From Crocinitomicaceae bacterium (GTDB lineage Bacteria; Bacteroidota; Bacteroidia; Flavobacteriales_D; Crocinitomicaceae): a stretch of DNA of 60,435 nucleotides. Made by a program: the position numbers and the translations under genes. The number at the start of each line of letters is the position of its first letter. Positions within the stretch are counted from its first letter, which is position 1. The stretch spans positions 1-60,435 of the forward strand of contig JBILNH010000001.1 in assembly GCA_044375095.1 (NCBI GenBank). Reading direction: 5' to 3'. Positions 1-10,943 of this stretch are shown in pieces. Below the pieces are notes generated by a model. The model ran no database searches, was not told the DNA's origin, and saw nothing but the letters and a program-made list of their open reading frames with translations.

Positions 1-220
1 TGGTTTGCTTTCCAGCATTAATTAAGTCAGGATCTTCTTCACCTTCGAAAGGAAAAGGACCCATTCCTAGCACACCGTTTTCAGATTGAAATTCGACTTC
101 AATTCCTTCAGGGATGTAATTTGCTACTAATGTTGGAATTCCTATACCCAAGTTTACATACCAGCCATCTTTTAGTTCTTGAGCGATACGTTTTGCAATC
201 CCGGTTTTATCAAGTGCCAT
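1..220 (-). CDS. scoB: 3-oxoacid (succinyl-CoA:3-ketoacid) CoA-transferase subunit B, N-terminal part; the C-terminus lies outside the window
   Basis: Hand translation from the ATG at 218-220 gives [73 protein letters not shown], open to the window edge. This is a typical beta-subunit N-terminus, and it starts 12 nt after the subunit A stop. Confidence 0.8.
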   Translation of the reverse strand, partial: MALDKTGIAKRIAQELKDGWYVNLGIGIPTLVANYIPEGIEVEFQSENGVLGMGPFPFEGEEDPDLINAGKQT

Positions 221-232
221 GTTGTATAAGAA

Positions 233-934
233 TTAATTACTTTTTGATCGAACGGTTCGTTGCTCAATTCGTTTTTCAAACGCTTCTCCTTTGAAGATGC
301 GTTGGATGAAAATACCTGGTGTATGTATAAAATTGGGATCAAGTTCACCTGCAGGAACGAGCTCTTCTACTTCAGCTATGGTAATTTTTCCTGCCATGGC
401 CATCATCGGATTGAAATTGCGTGCGGTCGCCTTAAAAATCAGGTTACCTTCTGTATCCCCTTTCCATGCTTTCACAATTGCAAAGTCTGCCGTCAAGGCG
501 CTTTCCAATATGTGTGGTTTACCATTAAATACCCTAACTTCTTTCCCTTCAGCAATTTCAGTTCCGTAACCGGCTGGAGTAAAAAACGCTGGAATTCCTG
601 CACCTCCAGCACGACATCTTTCGGCTAAGCTACCTTGTGGAATAAGATCGACAATTAATTCTCCCGAGAGCATTTGTCGTTCAAATTCTGCATTTTCCCC
701 AACATAGGAGCTAATCATCTTCTTTATTTGCCGTTGTTGAAGAAGCAGTCCTAGACCAAAGTCATCCACTCCTGCATTATTTGAAATACACGTCAGCTCT
801 TTTACGCCCATTTTCACTAATTGAGCGATCGAATTTTCTGGAATACCACAAAGACCAAATCCGCCTAACATTAAGGTCATTCCATCTTCAATCCCTTGAA
901 GAGCTTCTTCAACGTTTGCTACTACTTTATTCAT
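233..934 (-). CDS. scoA: 3-oxoacid CoA-transferase subunit A
   Basis: The ORF track protein contains [34 protein letters not shown] and SENG-less alpha-subunit hallmarks. I place the start at internal Met14 (MNKVV), 1 nt after the PBP stop. Confidence 0.9.
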   Translation of the reverse strand: MNKVVANVEEALQGIEDGMTLMLGGFGLCGIPENSIAQLVKMGVKELTCISNNAGVDDFGLGLLLQQRQIKKMISSYVGENAEFERQMLSGELIVDLIPQGSLAERCRAGGAGIPAFFTPAGYGTEIAEGKEVRVFNGKPHILESALTADFAIVKAWKGDTEGNLIFKATARNFNPMMAMAGKITIAEVEELVPAGELDPNFIHTPGIFIQRIFKGEAFEKRIEQRTVRSKSN

Positions 935-935
935 G

Positions 936-3437
936 TTAAATACCAAATGGGTTTTCTTCTTCAGCTGGAACATCTAATGAAGGTTCACCTGCGCAAGAGA
1001 ATTGATTAGAATCGTATGATTTTGGTTGCTTGAAATCGGTCGTAGACAACGCCACAACGGGGTCTTTGTAAACTTTTTGCATGTAATACCCATATATTGG
1101 CAAAGCCATCCGTGCACCTTGTCCCCATGTCATAGAGCGGAATCGAACTGAACGATCTTCTGCACCAACCCAAACACCGGTAACCAGGTCAGGTGTGAGT
1201 CCAACAAACCAACCGTCAGAGTTACTTTGTGTTGTTCCTGTTTTTCCTGCTGTTGGCGCGAGTACATTCCCCCATGATTGCCCTCCTCTCAAACTTCCGG
1301 CAGTACCGTTGTTGACTACCTTTTTCATCATGAGTAAGGTTTCGTAAGCTACATTTTCATTCAACACTTCAACAGCATGAGGTTTGGCGTTATAGATTAC
1401 ATTGCCATTTCTGTCTTCAATACGGAGAATCGTTGTTGGACGATTGAATATTCCATCGTTCGCAAAAATACATTGAGCGCCGACAAGCTCAAACAAGGAT
1501 AAATCCATAATACCTAAACACAACGAAGGAACTTCTTGCTCAGGAGTGAGGTTGATATCCATTAATTTTAGTAGTTTGGAAATGGTTTTTGGTCCGGCAT
1601 AACCACCCATTTTCGCCATCACAGCTACCGTTATGTTATTCATTGAAAGCGCCAAACCTGTAGATGCGGAAACGGAACCTGCATCAGATCCACCTGCATT
1701 TTTAGGGCACCACCTTCCATCAATATTTCCTTCAGCATCTTGAAGATCGACACAATATGACGTATTTGCAAATTGCGTACATGGTTTAACAACCCCCATA
1801 GCCATAGCTGTACTGTAGACAAATGGTTTAATGGTTGATCCTACTTGGCGTTTTCCTTGCCTTACATGATCAAAAGCAAAGTGATTGAAATTTGCACCAC
1901 CAACCCAAGCCTTTACGAATCCTGTTTGAGGTTCTACGGAAATTAATCCGGCGTGTAAGAAGGCTTTGTAATAGCGAATAGAATCGTCTGGTGACATCAC
2001 CGTATCAATTTCTCCTCTCCAAGAGAAGACTTGCATTTCAGTTGGTGTTTGGAAATTTTTAACGATCTCATTGTTTGAATACCCAGCTTCTACCAACGCA
2101 GCATAACGCGTTGAGTTAAGTCGAGCTGACCGCATGATCGCATCAACTTGTTCTTTAGATAAATCGTTGGAGAATGGAAAATTTCGCACGCTTCGGTTGT
2201 TATCGTCGAAGGCCGGTTGAAGGTTTTCTTTCAGGTGACGTTCTACGGCTTCTTCAGCGTGTTTTTGAAGGTTCGCATCAATGGTCGTATAAATCTTTAG
2301 TCCATCTCTGTAGATATCATACGGTGTTCCGTCTTGACGCTGGTATTTCCAACTTCCATCCGGATTTTTTTGCATGAAGAGATTAGTTAATTCTTTTCGC
2401 AAAGATTCACGGAAGTAAGGCGCCATTCCTTGTTTATGATCCACAGCCTGATAATCAACAATAAGGGGTTGTGTTTTTAACTGGTTAAATTCTTCCTCGG
2501 TGAGCTTGTTTTTGACTGCTTCATTATTCGAATTACTGTTTTTTAACCACTGAGCAAGGACCTGGTTTCGGCGAGTAACAGCGCGTACGGAGTCTTTGGC
2601 ACGAGCAGCAGAAATATCTTCTGTATTGACTTCAGATGGATCAATTCCTTTGTCTTCTGCCAGTTCTGCTCTATAGTTTTTAATCTTGTAGGTGTAAGGA
2701 TTGTAAAGCGCAGGGTTTTTACACATTCCTACGAGCATTGCTGCTTCAACCTTGTTCAAATCCTTTGGTCGTTTCTTGAAGTATACCTTAGCTGCATTTT
2801 CGATTCCAACCGCATTATATAGAAAATCGAATTGATTGAGGTACATCGTAATAATCTCCTCTTTGGTAAAGCGTTTTTCCAATCGCGTGGCGATGATGTT
2901 CTCTCTGGCTTTTTCGTTTATACGTTTAAATATTCTTCCAATCCGCGAGGAAGATCCAGACGAGATATTCTCTCCACTTGCCCTCGCCAATTCCTCACGT
3001 TCACGTTGTTGCAGTGTAAACAATAACTTGGCGAGCTGTTGTGTAATTGTAGACGCACCACCGGCCCCACCAAAACTGAATACTGCTCTACCAATTGCTC
3101 GAAAATCAACCCCTGAGTGGTTAAGGAATCGTTCGTCTTCTGTGGAAATTAATGCGTCCGTTACGTAAGGTGAAATTTCCTTGTATGCGACACTAGTTCT
3201 GTTTACTTTCCAGTACCTGCCAAGTTCCGTTTCACCATCGCTTGCTAAAACTTGTGACGCCAGTAATTCGGGTGGATTATCCAACATGGCAACAGGTGGC
3301 AGGTCGTCTTCTGATTGAAAAAGCAACAAGGAAACAACGATGAGAAAAGGTAACATCGCAATCCCCCAGAAATAGTAGGTCATTTTTTTAACTTTTTCTT
3401 CAGGCAGTGCATTGAGTGAGCCTTTTTTATCCTTCAT
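936..3437 (-). CDS. mrcA: Class A penicillin-binding protein (bifunctional glycosyltransferase/transpeptidase, PBP1A-like)
   Basis: An N-terminal TM segment is present. The GT51 motif is [14 protein letters not shown], and the transpeptidase motifs are STIKP (SxxK), SMN (SxN) and KTGTT. Confidence 0.9.
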   Translation of the reverse strand: MKDKKGSLNALPEEKVKKMTYYFWGIAMLPFLIVVSLLLFQSEDDLPPVAMLDNPPELLASQVLASDGETELGRYWKVNRTSVAYKEISPYVTDALISTEDERFLNHSGVDFRAIGRAVFSFGGAGGASTITQQLAKLLFTLQQREREELARASGENISSGSSSRIGRIFKRINEKARENIIATRLEKRFTKEEIITMYLNQFDFLYNAVGIENAAKVYFKKRPKDLNKVEAAMLVGMCKNPALYNPYTYKIKNYRAELAEDKGIDPSEVNTEDISAARAKDSVRAVTRRNQVLAQWLKNSNSNNEAVKNKLTEEEFNQLKTQPLIVDYQAVDHKQGMAPYFRESLRKELTNLFMQKNPDGSWKYQRQDGTPYDIYRDGLKIYTTIDANLQKHAEEAVERHLKENLQPAFDDNNRSVRNFPFSNDLSKEQVDAIMRSARLNSTRYAALVEAGYSNNEIVKNFQTPTEMQVFSWRGEIDTVMSPDDSIRYYKAFLHAGLISVEPQTGFVKAWVGGANFNHFAFDHVRQGKRQVGSTIKPFVYSTAMAMGVVKPCTQFANTSYCVDLQDAEGNIDGRWCPKNAGGSDAGSVSASTGLALSMNNITVAVMAKMGGYAGPKTISKLLKLMDINLTPEQEVPSLCLGIMDLSLFELVGAQCIFANDGIFNRPTTILRIEDRNGNVIYNAKPHAVEVLNENVAYETLLMMKKVVNNGTAGSLRGGQSWGNVLAPTAGKTGTTQSNSDGWFVGLTPDLVTGVWVGAEDRSVRFRSMTWGQGARMALPIYGYYMQKVYKDPVVALSTTDFKQPKSYDSNQFSCAGEPSLDVPAEEENPFGI

Positions 3438-3489
3438 ATGCTACTTAATTTGTGTAAAAATACTGAAATTTCCTTGTGTTTGAAGATCC

Positions 3490-4887
3490 TTATTGCAGAA
3501 CATCTCTTCGTTGACTGTCCAGTTTTAGAAGTATGAACATCATGATTGAAAACGACATCATTGAAGACCCACCGTAACTGAAAAACGGCAAAGGAATTCC
3601 AATAACGGGAGCAAATCCGATGTTCATTCCGATATTGATTGCAAAATGGTAAAATAGGATCATCGCAACAGTATAGGCGTAAATGCGATTGAAAGCTGAT
3701 CGTTGGCGTTCTGCAATAAAAACGATGCGCAATAGCATAAACATGTACAATCCAATCAAGACAAAAGTGCCTGCAAAACCCCATTCTTCAGCAAATGGAC
3801 AAAATATGAAATCGGTTTCACTTTCAGGTACGTGATTACTTTCGACGGATGATACAGATGCTTTGTTGTATCCTTTCCCTAAAAATCCTCCTGAGCCTAC
3901 AGCAGCCATTGCGCGGTTGCGATTGTAATCTTTTCCGTTGGGATCTTCTTTTAATCCTAAGAATAATTCGATGCGATCTTTTTGGTGAGGCGCCAAACCC
4001 TGAAATCCAAAATTCACAACGGATGAGAGTAAAGAAGCCAAAACAAACGCAAGAATAACCACGAGTGTTAATTTGTTGCGTTCCCTTTTCGATACTAAAA
4101 ATCGAAGCATGAATATGATCAATAGTCCAATTACAGCGAGAGCAGCAACCACACTCCAAAAACCAGAAATCACCATGCCAGGAAGAAAGTCAACCGTTAA
4201 TACTTCGTTACTCATAAGTAAAGTAATGAGGCTTAAAAAAACGATGACAAATAAAATCGGTATGAAATGGCTTCCAACCCATGTTTGTTTGAATCTTACT
4301 CCGGGAATTGAATTGATAAATTTTAGAAGTAAAGGGTCGTAGGTAATGCCCTCGCGATACATCACAAATAGAAATGAGGTGAAAACTACAAAGGTCCCAG
4401 CATCCGGTTGAAGTAAAATCAATCCCATTGGAATCAGTATAATGGCATTGGCATAGAGTACCGTTTGAATGGTTTGTTGCTTTACATTCACGGTACTAAT
4501 GAATCGTGCCAGCAGTAATGCGGTAGAAATTTTTGCAAATTCGGCCGGTTGAATACCCATTGACCCAATACCTAGCCAAGCTCTTGCACCATTTACCGGA
4601 GGCATAAATAGGACAATTACCAACAGGATGAGTGTGAATACGAATATGGGGACACAGAATTTTCTGTAGATGTCAGAGTCAATTAAGAACACCATTAATC
4701 CGAGAAACAAAGAAATCCCCAACCACATGAGTTGCTTACCATATTTTTGACTAAAATCGAAAAGAAACGGGTGTTCTGGATTGTAGGCAGTTGAATAAAC
4801 TGTGGCTACTCCCATCAACATTAAAAGTATGAAGACGATGAACAATGGCCAATCAACATGTGCGACTATCGATTCGTCTTTTCTCAT
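3490..4887 (-). CDS. rodA: Rod shape-determining SEDS protein RodA (FtsW/RodA/SpoVE family)
   Basis: It is a polytopic membrane protein with the C-terminal PLPFFSYGGSS motif. It lies directly downstream of PBP2, with an ATGA stop/start overlap at 4884-4887. Confidence 0.85.
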   Translation of the reverse strand: MRKDESIVAHVDWPLFIVFILLMLMGVATVYSTAYNPEHPFLFDFSQKYGKQLMWLGISLFLGLMVFLIDSDIYRKFCVPIFVFTLILLVIVLFMPPVNGARAWLGIGSMGIQPAEFAKISTALLLARFISTVNVKQQTIQTVLYANAIILIPMGLILLQPDAGTFVVFTSFLFVMYREGITYDPLLLKFINSIPGVRFKQTWVGSHFIPILFVIVFLSLITLLMSNEVLTVDFLPGMVISGFWSVVAALAVIGLLIIFMLRFLVSKRERNKLTLVVILAFVLASLLSSVVNFGFQGLAPHQKDRIELFLGLKEDPNGKDYNRNRAMAAVGSGGFLGKGYNKASVSSVESNHVPESETDFIFCPFAEEWGFAGTFVLIGLYMFMLLRIVFIAERQRSAFNRIYAYTVAMILFYHFAINIGMNIGFAPVIGIPLPFFSYGGSSMMSFSIMMFILLKLDSQRRDVLQ

Positions 4888-6746
4888 TTTCGGTAGTAAA
4901 ATTTAGCGTTCAATATGGTGGCTTCTCGTTCTTTATCGGTAATCTTTTTCTTCAGGTATTTTTCGATCATCAATCCTGCTGTTGGTGCGGCCCACAATCC
5001 ACCACCTCCTTTGGCATTTTCAATAAAAACAGCAATGGCAATTTTGGGTTTATCCATTGGTGCAAAGGCAATAAATGTGGAATGATCATCCCCATGAGGA
5101 TTTTGAACGGTTCCTGTTTTACCACAAATAATGATGTCCTCTAACCGAGCCCGTTTTCCTGTTCCTCCGGGTTCATAAACCACCCGTCTCATTCCTTCAA
5201 CAACTACTTCGTAGTGTTCTTTCTTAATGTACGTTTGGTGTTTTTTTCTGTATTCAGGTAACGGACCATTTTTCCCAACGGATCGAACAAAATGAGGGGT
5301 AATGTACCATCCTCGATTAGCAATTAGAGCAGCCACATTTGCCATTTGCAGTGGTGTTAAGGTTACCTCACCCTGACCAATTGAAATGGAGCGAATGGTT
5401 GAAAATGCCCATCTGTGGTGCCCATACCATTTGTCGTAATACTTCGAATCAGGTATAGTGCCCGAACGCAATCCTGTGATGTCTGTTTCCAGTTTATTGC
5501 CAAGACCAAACCTGTACATATAATCAGCCCAGTGATTTAAACCGATTTCTGCATCACGAAACAAACTTTTGGCTTTTTTTTGCTGAATGATTCTTCGCAT
5601 TACTGAATAGTAATACGGATTGCATGAATGTTTAATGGCATCCGGTAGACTGCCAGCACTAGCGTGGTTATGACAACCAACAACTGATGTATTGCAAGGG
5701 AAACCAGAATTAGGTGTAATAACTCCTTCTTGAAGTCCAATTAATGAGTTCAATAATTTAAATGTTGATCCGGGAGGGTATTCTGCAGCTAACGGTCGAG
5801 GGTAGAGCGGCTTACTAGGATCATTCAGTAATTTGGTGAAGTTTCTAGAAATGTTCCTTCTTCCAATAAATAAATTGGGGTCGTAACTAGGTGCTGAGAT
5901 AAGCGCAAGAATTTCGCCACTTGACGGTTCGATGGCAACAATACATCCACGTTTACCTTCCAGCAATTTTTCTCCATAAGCCTGAAGCATAATATCAACA
6001 CCAAGGTGCAATGCTGGGCCTTGCTTGGCAACGGTGTCATACTTCCCATCTGCATATGATTCTATCGCATTATTCAATGCAGAGGTCACAATATACCGAA
6101 TCCCCTTTCTTCCACGAAGTTCTTTTTCGTAAAATCGTTCCAAGCCGGCTCGACCAATATTATTCCCTGGTTTATAGAAACGATCTTCGTCGATTTCTTC
6201 TCTATTCACCTCTGAAAGGTAACCCATGATATTGGCTGCATTCGCAAAAGGATAGCTTCTCATGCTAGTAACCTCCTCCTTAAATCCGGGGAAATCTTCT
6301 AGGAAGGGAGCTATTTTAGCAATCTCTTCTAACGTGAGCTCTTTAAGGAAAGGGTATGCACGAATTTTCTGGTAGTTGGAAGTACGTTTTCCAGTAGCTT
6401 TATTGTAATAGGTTCCTTCGCCCTTACGTATTTCAATGAAGCGTTGCTTGACTTGTTCTTTTGTCCAACCTATTAATTGCGCAAAGGCTAAGGTGTCAAA
6501 GTCTTTCATTTCCGCTTCCACCACCATCAGGTTATAATACGTTCGGTTGGCTACAATTTTTTTACCGTTCCGATCGAATAACACACCACGAGGCGGAGTG
6601 ATTTCTTTTCTTTTTTCTGCAATTTCCTGTGCTCGAAGTGTCCATGAATCGTCAATGACTTGCATATAGAACAATCGAAATATGTAGATCATTCCCACAA
6701 TGACCATGAAGGAAATGATTACATATTTGCGCGCATCTGTATTCAT
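4884..6746 (-). CDS. mrdA: Penicillin-binding protein 2 (elongasome transpeptidase)
   Basis: It has an N-terminal TM segment and the motifs STFK (SxxK) and KTGT. It sits between mreD and rodA. Confidence 0.9.
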   Translation of the reverse strand: MNTDARKYVIISFMVIVGMIYIFRLFYMQVIDDSWTLRAQEIAEKRKEITPPRGVLFDRNGKKIVANRTYYNLMVVEAEMKDFDTLAFAQLIGWTKEQVKQRFIEIRKGEGTYYNKATGKRTSNYQKIRAYPFLKELTLEEIAKIAPFLEDFPGFKEEVTSMRSYPFANAANIMGYLSEVNREEIDEDRFYKPGNNIGRAGLERFYEKELRGRKGIRYIVTSALNNAIESYADGKYDTVAKQGPALHLGVDIMLQAYGEKLLEGKRGCIVAIEPSSGEILALISAPSYDPNLFIGRRNISRNFTKLLNDPSKPLYPRPLAAEYPPGSTFKLLNSLIGLQEGVITPNSGFPCNTSVVGCHNHASAGSLPDAIKHSCNPYYYSVMRRIIQQKKAKSLFRDAEIGLNHWADYMYRFGLGNKLETDITGLRSGTIPDSKYYDKWYGHHRWAFSTIRSISIGQGEVTLTPLQMANVAALIANRGWYITPHFVRSVGKNGPLPEYRKKHQTYIKKEHYEVVVEGMRRVVYEPGGTGKRARLEDIIICGKTGTVQNPHGDDHSTFIAFAPMDKPKIAIAVFIENAKGGGGLWAAPTAGLMIEKYLKKKITDKEREATILNAKFYYRK

Positions 6747-7258
6747 CGTTCTTTGGGCTTAGATACGAATAATGCTTGAAGAAGTAAGGAAAGTAAAAAC
6801 GATAAAGGTAGACTCAGTACCGTTTTTTGAAGAATAAATAAGAAATCTGAAAACCTAAAAATCTCGACTATAAAAAAGAAAAAATGATGCGTAAACAAAA
6901 GGGTTCCATATACAGATATGAACCACTTCATCCCCATGTGAAAACTAGTGCCTTCCTTTAAGATATCGTATCCATCGCGTGGAGCAAACAATTTAAAAAC
7001 AATTGGTCTCATGTACGCAATGAGCAGAAGGGATGAGGTATGTAATCCATAGGTGTTTGATATGGCATCAATTGATATCCCCATTAAAAATGCAAGCAAA
7101 AGCATTGGGATCGTTGCTAGTTCAAATGGAAGTAATACAATGAAAAGTGGGTAGACCATTAATTGTATTCCCCATCCAAGTTCGAGATGATTAAGAAAGA
7201 GTGTTTGAATCAGCACCAACACTATAAAGCGAATACTATGTTTAATTACGTCGTTCAT
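6743..7258 (-). CDS. mreD: Rod shape-determining protein MreD
   Basis: It is a small (171 aa), very hydrophobic multi-TM protein in the canonical position between mreC and mrdA, with ATGA overlaps on both sides. Confidence 0.7.
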   Translation of the reverse strand: MNDVIKHSIRFIVLVLIQTLFLNHLELGWGIQLMVYPLFIVLLPFELATIPMLLLAFLMGISIDAISNTYGLHTSSLLLIAYMRPIVFKLFAPRDGYDILKEGTSFHMGMKWFISVYGTLLFTHHFFFFIVEIFRFSDFLFILQKTVLSLPLSFLLSLLLQALFVSKPKER

Positions 7259-8103
7259 TCTTCTTGTTGATCGTTGTCTGATGGCACGGCTAATTCGAGC
7301 TTTTGTTGTTCCTCACTCAGTAGGTTTTTGATGACATAAACACGTTGCAGCGTTCGATAGTCTTCCGAATACCTGATGATTACGTCCCATAGCGGCTTTC
7401 CTTCAACTGGTTTTAATTTTGCGATGTAACCAACAGTCAGTCCTCTTGGGAAAATTCCAGAACCGCCTCGCGTGACAACTTTCAACCATTTTTTCAATTT
7501 GAGGTCATTTGAAATTCCAGTGATGTTGCCAAATCGAGGATCTCTTCCATCCCATTTCATTAGCCCAAAAAGCCCCAACTTTTCCACCATGACATCAATA
7601 TTGATGTTTTCGGTCAAGACTGATTTTACTACGGCAAAATGTTTACTACTGTTGTGCACTCGTCCAACAATTCCTTTTTCGGAAAACACACCCATTCCGC
7701 GTTTAACCCCTTGTGCATAGCCGACATTTAACGTAAAATAGTTGTTTCGTTTGGTCAGTGTGGAATTGATAACAGTCGCAGGAATGTATTCGTATTGCTG
7801 GTTAAAAAGGGTATCATTTATTTTAACTAAACCATTTTGTAGCTGAATATAACTCAATGGTAACCTATTCCTGAGTGCGACATTTTCGCGTTGCAAATTT
7901 TCATTGTTCTTACTCAAGTTGAAATGCTTTGTTAAATCGAATCGTGCTTTTAAAATTGCTCCAGAAATAGTTGAAGCGGATGTGAGGTATTGCGCCCTCG
8001 GATACTGTAAAAATGAAAAGTATGTCGACAAGGCAATGACCTGCAACAAAGCAAACACCAAAAACACACGAAACCTTCTGAAAAAGGCAATTAAATTGCG
8101 CAT
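7255..8103 (-). CDS. mreC: Rod shape-determining protein MreC
   Basis: MRNLIAFFRRFRVFLVFALLQVIAL is a typical MreC N-terminus, followed by a coiled-coil and a beta-rich C-terminal part. The start is placed at Met13 of the track ORF; the alternative start is 8139. Confidence 0.85.
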   Translation of the reverse strand: MRNLIAFFRRFRVFLVFALLQVIALSTYFSFLQYPRAQYLTSASTISGAILKARFDLTKHFNLSKNNENLQRENVALRNRLPLSYIQLQNGLVKINDTLFNQQYEYIPATVINSTLTKRNNYFTLNVGYAQGVKRGMGVFSEKGIVGRVHNSSKHFAVVKSVLTENINIDVMVEKLGLFGLMKWDGRDPRFGNITGISNDLKLKKWLKVVTRGGSGIFPRGLTVGYIAKLKPVEGKPLWDVIIRYSEDYRTLQRVYVIKNLLSEEQQKLELAVPSDNDQQEE

Positions 8104-8221
8104 GTACAAAAATATAAAAGGTACCGTTGCAAATGGCAAGAAGTTGGATAAAAAAACGTATTTGTTTACAAGACAATAGGTTCAATAGAACAACAGATAC
8201 TTAACTGTTCTTGAAAAGCGA

Positions 8222-8255
8222 CAAATGAAAAGGGCCGTCTCTTGCGAGACAGCCC
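8222..8255 (-). terminator. Rho-independent terminator downstream of the 8280-10109 gene
   Basis: On the minus strand: GGGCUGUCUC-GCAA-GAGACGGCCC (10-bp stem, one G-U pair) followed by UUUUCAUUU. Confidence 0.6.
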
Positions 8256-8279
8256 TTCTTCAATTTATTTGATTGGTTC

Positions 8280-10109
8280 TTATTTCTTTACGAATTTCTT
8301 TGTAACAACTGATCCCTCAGAAGCGATCGTTACATAGTAAATTCCACTGTTGAAAGACGCAGCATCAAAAGACAAGCTGTGATCACCAGCTTCTTGTGTA
8401 CCTTCATTCCAGCTAGTGATTACCTTACCCGAAACATCCGTTAATTGAATAGTAACGTCAGCTGCATTGACTAAACTGTAATCAACGGTTGTAGTTCCAA
8501 CGGATGGGTTAGGATAAACAGTTGCTTTGGAAACCGTTCCTTCCATTTCCTCCATACCAACAGACGGATCGAAATTTAAGCGTACGTATGGCGTACCTGT
8601 TTGATAAAACCAAGTATCAGTTGGAGTATCATACAAAAACGAAGTTTGTGGATCAGATGTACCAGCATTCGCAACACGTAAACCTGGTCCAAAAGCTCCA
8701 ACAACAGCAAGATATGTACTGTTTGCAATTAGATCTACTGGAGTGTTTAGAACCATTACAAGATTCGTGTTTAAGTTATTCGAAGCCAAAATTTTAGGAT
8801 CAGATTCTCCTTCGTATACGAAGTCTCCAGTACCCGGATCAATAGAATAAAGTTTGACATAGATTTCTGTTCCTACTGTTGTACCATTACTTCCTCCACC
8901 AACTAGACGAACATTAATTGCGTTGAGTGTTTGGTCTTGCCAGATATCGAATAAGTTACCTACTTCAAATCCATCAGGACCGTTGTTCGTGCTACCAGCA
9001 GGAACGTTATTGTCACGTGCATAGATGAAATTTGTAGTGCTGAAGTTTATTGCAGGAAGCGCATTATTCGCCGGGATATCATCTGTAGCATCAGCTGTAA
9101 TTGTACGCGTGACATTGTACGTCGCAGTGGCAGTGCTACTTGGCGTGAATTGGGTTGAAACAACTAAACTGTCAGTCGCATTTGGAGCGATAGTTGCACC
9201 AGGTGACGAGCCTATCCAAGCTCCAGCGTTCACATTTACATTCAATTTCGCATTTGTCATAGGAAGCGTTCCTCCGTTTACAACGTTTGCTGTAAAATCA
9301 ATAGGTGCAACCTGTGTTAAAGGAAGTTGGAAGTAGTTTAAGAATGCTGTACCCCAATACGCAGATTGAAGCGCTAAATCGTATTCAGCATTTGTAGTAA
9401 GTTTTACGTCATCAATGTACCATCCGTAAGTAATCCACACATTCGGATTAGTTGCTAAAGTAGGAAATGCTGTTGTCCAAGAGTAACGAATCCATACTTG
9501 AGTTGCTCCGGCTAAAAACCCAGCAAGATTGATGGTTTTTGTATCTGGATTTGGATACGCCGTTCCTCCAGCTGCAGACAATACATCTTTATCCATATTG
9601 TCGCCTACAGGAAAAAAGGTTGTTCCGTTAGTTGAAATTTGAATTTCTTGTAAGTCATTGAAGCGCGCTCCAAACTGTTGAAACGACAACGTAACTTGCG
9701 TTCCGTTGGCAGTCAAATCTATTGGTTGGGCAGTGGTAAGCGTGTAAGTAACACCTAATGCTTGAGATGGAGTAGTTAATGTTGGATCACCATTTGACAC
9801 TTCAGCATAGTTTCCGCCTGAAGTAGAGTTTATTCCATTTGCCGAGTACCACCCGTCTGATGTGGCATCAATTGTCCAACCAAATTCACCTCCGGTTTGT
9901 CCGCTATTGTCAACAACCCAATTCGATGGAGTGTCAAAATTGTCTTGCCAAAAGACTGTTCCCAACTGTTTTTCTGTTGGCTTTATTGGCGACGACGCTG
10001 GTTTCATTCGGCTAATTTCTCCCGATACCAACGGTTTTTGAACAAGCTGTGCTACAGAACTTCCTGCAGTTATTCCAGCTAGTAGAATGCTTAAGTATAC
10101 TTTTTTCAT
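8280..10109 (-). CDS. Secreted protein of unknown function with a T9SS type A C-terminal sorting domain
   Basis: The signal peptide is MKKVYLSILLAGITAGSSVAQ. The last ~80 aa (TVYPNPSVGTTTVDYSL...SGIYYVTIASEGSVVTKKFVKK) match the Por/T9SS CTD pattern. The N-terminal region (FWQDNFD...GW) resembles MAM/choice-of-anchor-like modules. Confidence 0.8.
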   Translation of the reverse strand: MKKVYLSILLAGITAGSSVAQLVQKPLVSGEISRMKPASSPIKPTEKQLGTVFWQDNFDTPSNWVVDNSGQTGGEFGWTIDATSDGWYSANGINSTSGGNYAEVSNGDPTLTTPSQALGVTYTLTTAQPIDLTANGTQVTLSFQQFGARFNDLQEIQISTNGTTFFPVGDNMDKDVLSAAGGTAYPNPDTKTINLAGFLAGATQVWIRYSWTTAFPTLATNPNVWITYGWYIDDVKLTTNAEYDLALQSAYWGTAFLNYFQLPLTQVAPIDFTANVVNGGTLPMTNAKLNVNVNAGAWIGSSPGATIAPNATDSLVVSTQFTPSSTATATYNVTRTITADATDDIPANNALPAINFSTTNFIYARDNNVPAGSTNNGPDGFEVGNLFDIWQDQTLNAINVRLVGGGSNGTTVGTEIYVKLYSIDPGTGDFVYEGESDPKILASNNLNTNLVMVLNTPVDLIANSTYLAVVGAFGPGLRVANAGTSDPQTSFLYDTPTDTWFYQTGTPYVRLNFDPSVGMEEMEGTVSKATVYPNPSVGTTTVDYSLVNAADVTIQLTDVSGKVITSWNEGTQEAGDHSLSFDAASFNSGIYYVTIASEGSVVTKKFVKK

Positions 10110-10125
10110 TTTAATTCGGTTTTTA

Positions 10126-10133
10126 CAAATATA
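10126..10133 (-). promoter_or_regulatory. Candidate Bacteroidota -7 promoter box (TATATTTG) for the T9SS cargo gene
   Basis: The minus strand reads TATATTTG, matching the TAnnTTTG consensus, about 17 nt upstream of the ATG at 10109. Confidence 0.3.
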
Positions 10134-10175
10134 AGTGAATTAGCGTTTTAACAATGTCTAGAGAATAAATTAACA

Positions 10176-10943
10176 TTACCGATCCTTCAAAAAAGGCAAC
10201 TGTCCGTGCACGGAATGTAATTTTTCCTTTGTTAGTTTGATCACTTCAACTTGTTCGGAAGATAAATGAAGCATGGTTTCGCCAAGTGGATCAATGACCG
10301 TTGAATCGCCACTATATATTAACCCTTTTCCGTCCTCTCCAATTCGATTCACTGCTGCTACAAAACATTGATTTTCAATTGCTCTGGCAGTTAACAACGT
10401 GTTCCAATGGTGGCGTCGTTTAGCAGGCCAATTGGCGGTGTATAAAATGAGGTCATAGGCTGCGAAGCCATTTGAAATTCGGTTACGTACGATTTCAGGG
10501 AAGCGCAAATCGTAACAAATCTGAAGCTGAATGTTCCAGCCGCGAAAAGAAACGATTTTTTCAGCAGTGCCAGCTGTAAACACGTGGTCTTCTCCAGCAA
10601 GTCCAAACGATTTACGCTTGTCATAAAAGTGAACGTTTCCATTCGGTTCAACGAATAAACCTCGATTTCTGAATTTTCCGTCGTCCTGAATAATTAACGA
10701 AGTAAATACCGCACTGTTTTTTGATTCGGCTAATTTTTTTAGCCAATTCAAGGAACTCGAATTAGAAAAATCTTCTGCTAAATCGCCAGCGTTCATTGTG
10801 AATCCTGTTGTACACATTTCAGGTAAAAGAATGATATCCACTCCGTCAATAGCCGCCAATAACGATTCGTAGTTCGCAATATTGGCAGTTTTATCCTCCC
10901 AATGTTGGTCAGCCTGTACTAATGCTATTTTTAAATCTTGCAT
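10176..10943 (-). CDS. Carbon-nitrogen hydrolase family amidohydrolase (omega-amidase / YafV-like)
   Basis: MQDLKIALVQADQHWEDK...ILLPEMCTTGF...ICYDLRFPE carries the nitrilase-superfamily E-K-C signature. The start is placed at Met17 of the track ORF and overlaps the upstream aminotransferase stop by 13 nt. Confidence 0.85.
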   Translation of the reverse strand: MQDLKIALVQADQHWEDKTANIANYESLLAAIDGVDIILLPEMCTTGFTMNAGDLAEDFSNSSSLNWLKKLAESKNSAVFTSLIIQDDGKFRNRGLFVEPNGNVHFYDKRKSFGLAGEDHVFTAGTAEKIVSFRGWNIQLQICYDLRFPEIVRNRISNGFAAYDLILYTANWPAKRRHHWNTLLTARAIENQCFVAAVNRIGEDGKGLIYSGDSTVIDPLGETMLHLSSEQVEVIKLTKEKLHSVHGQLPFLKDR

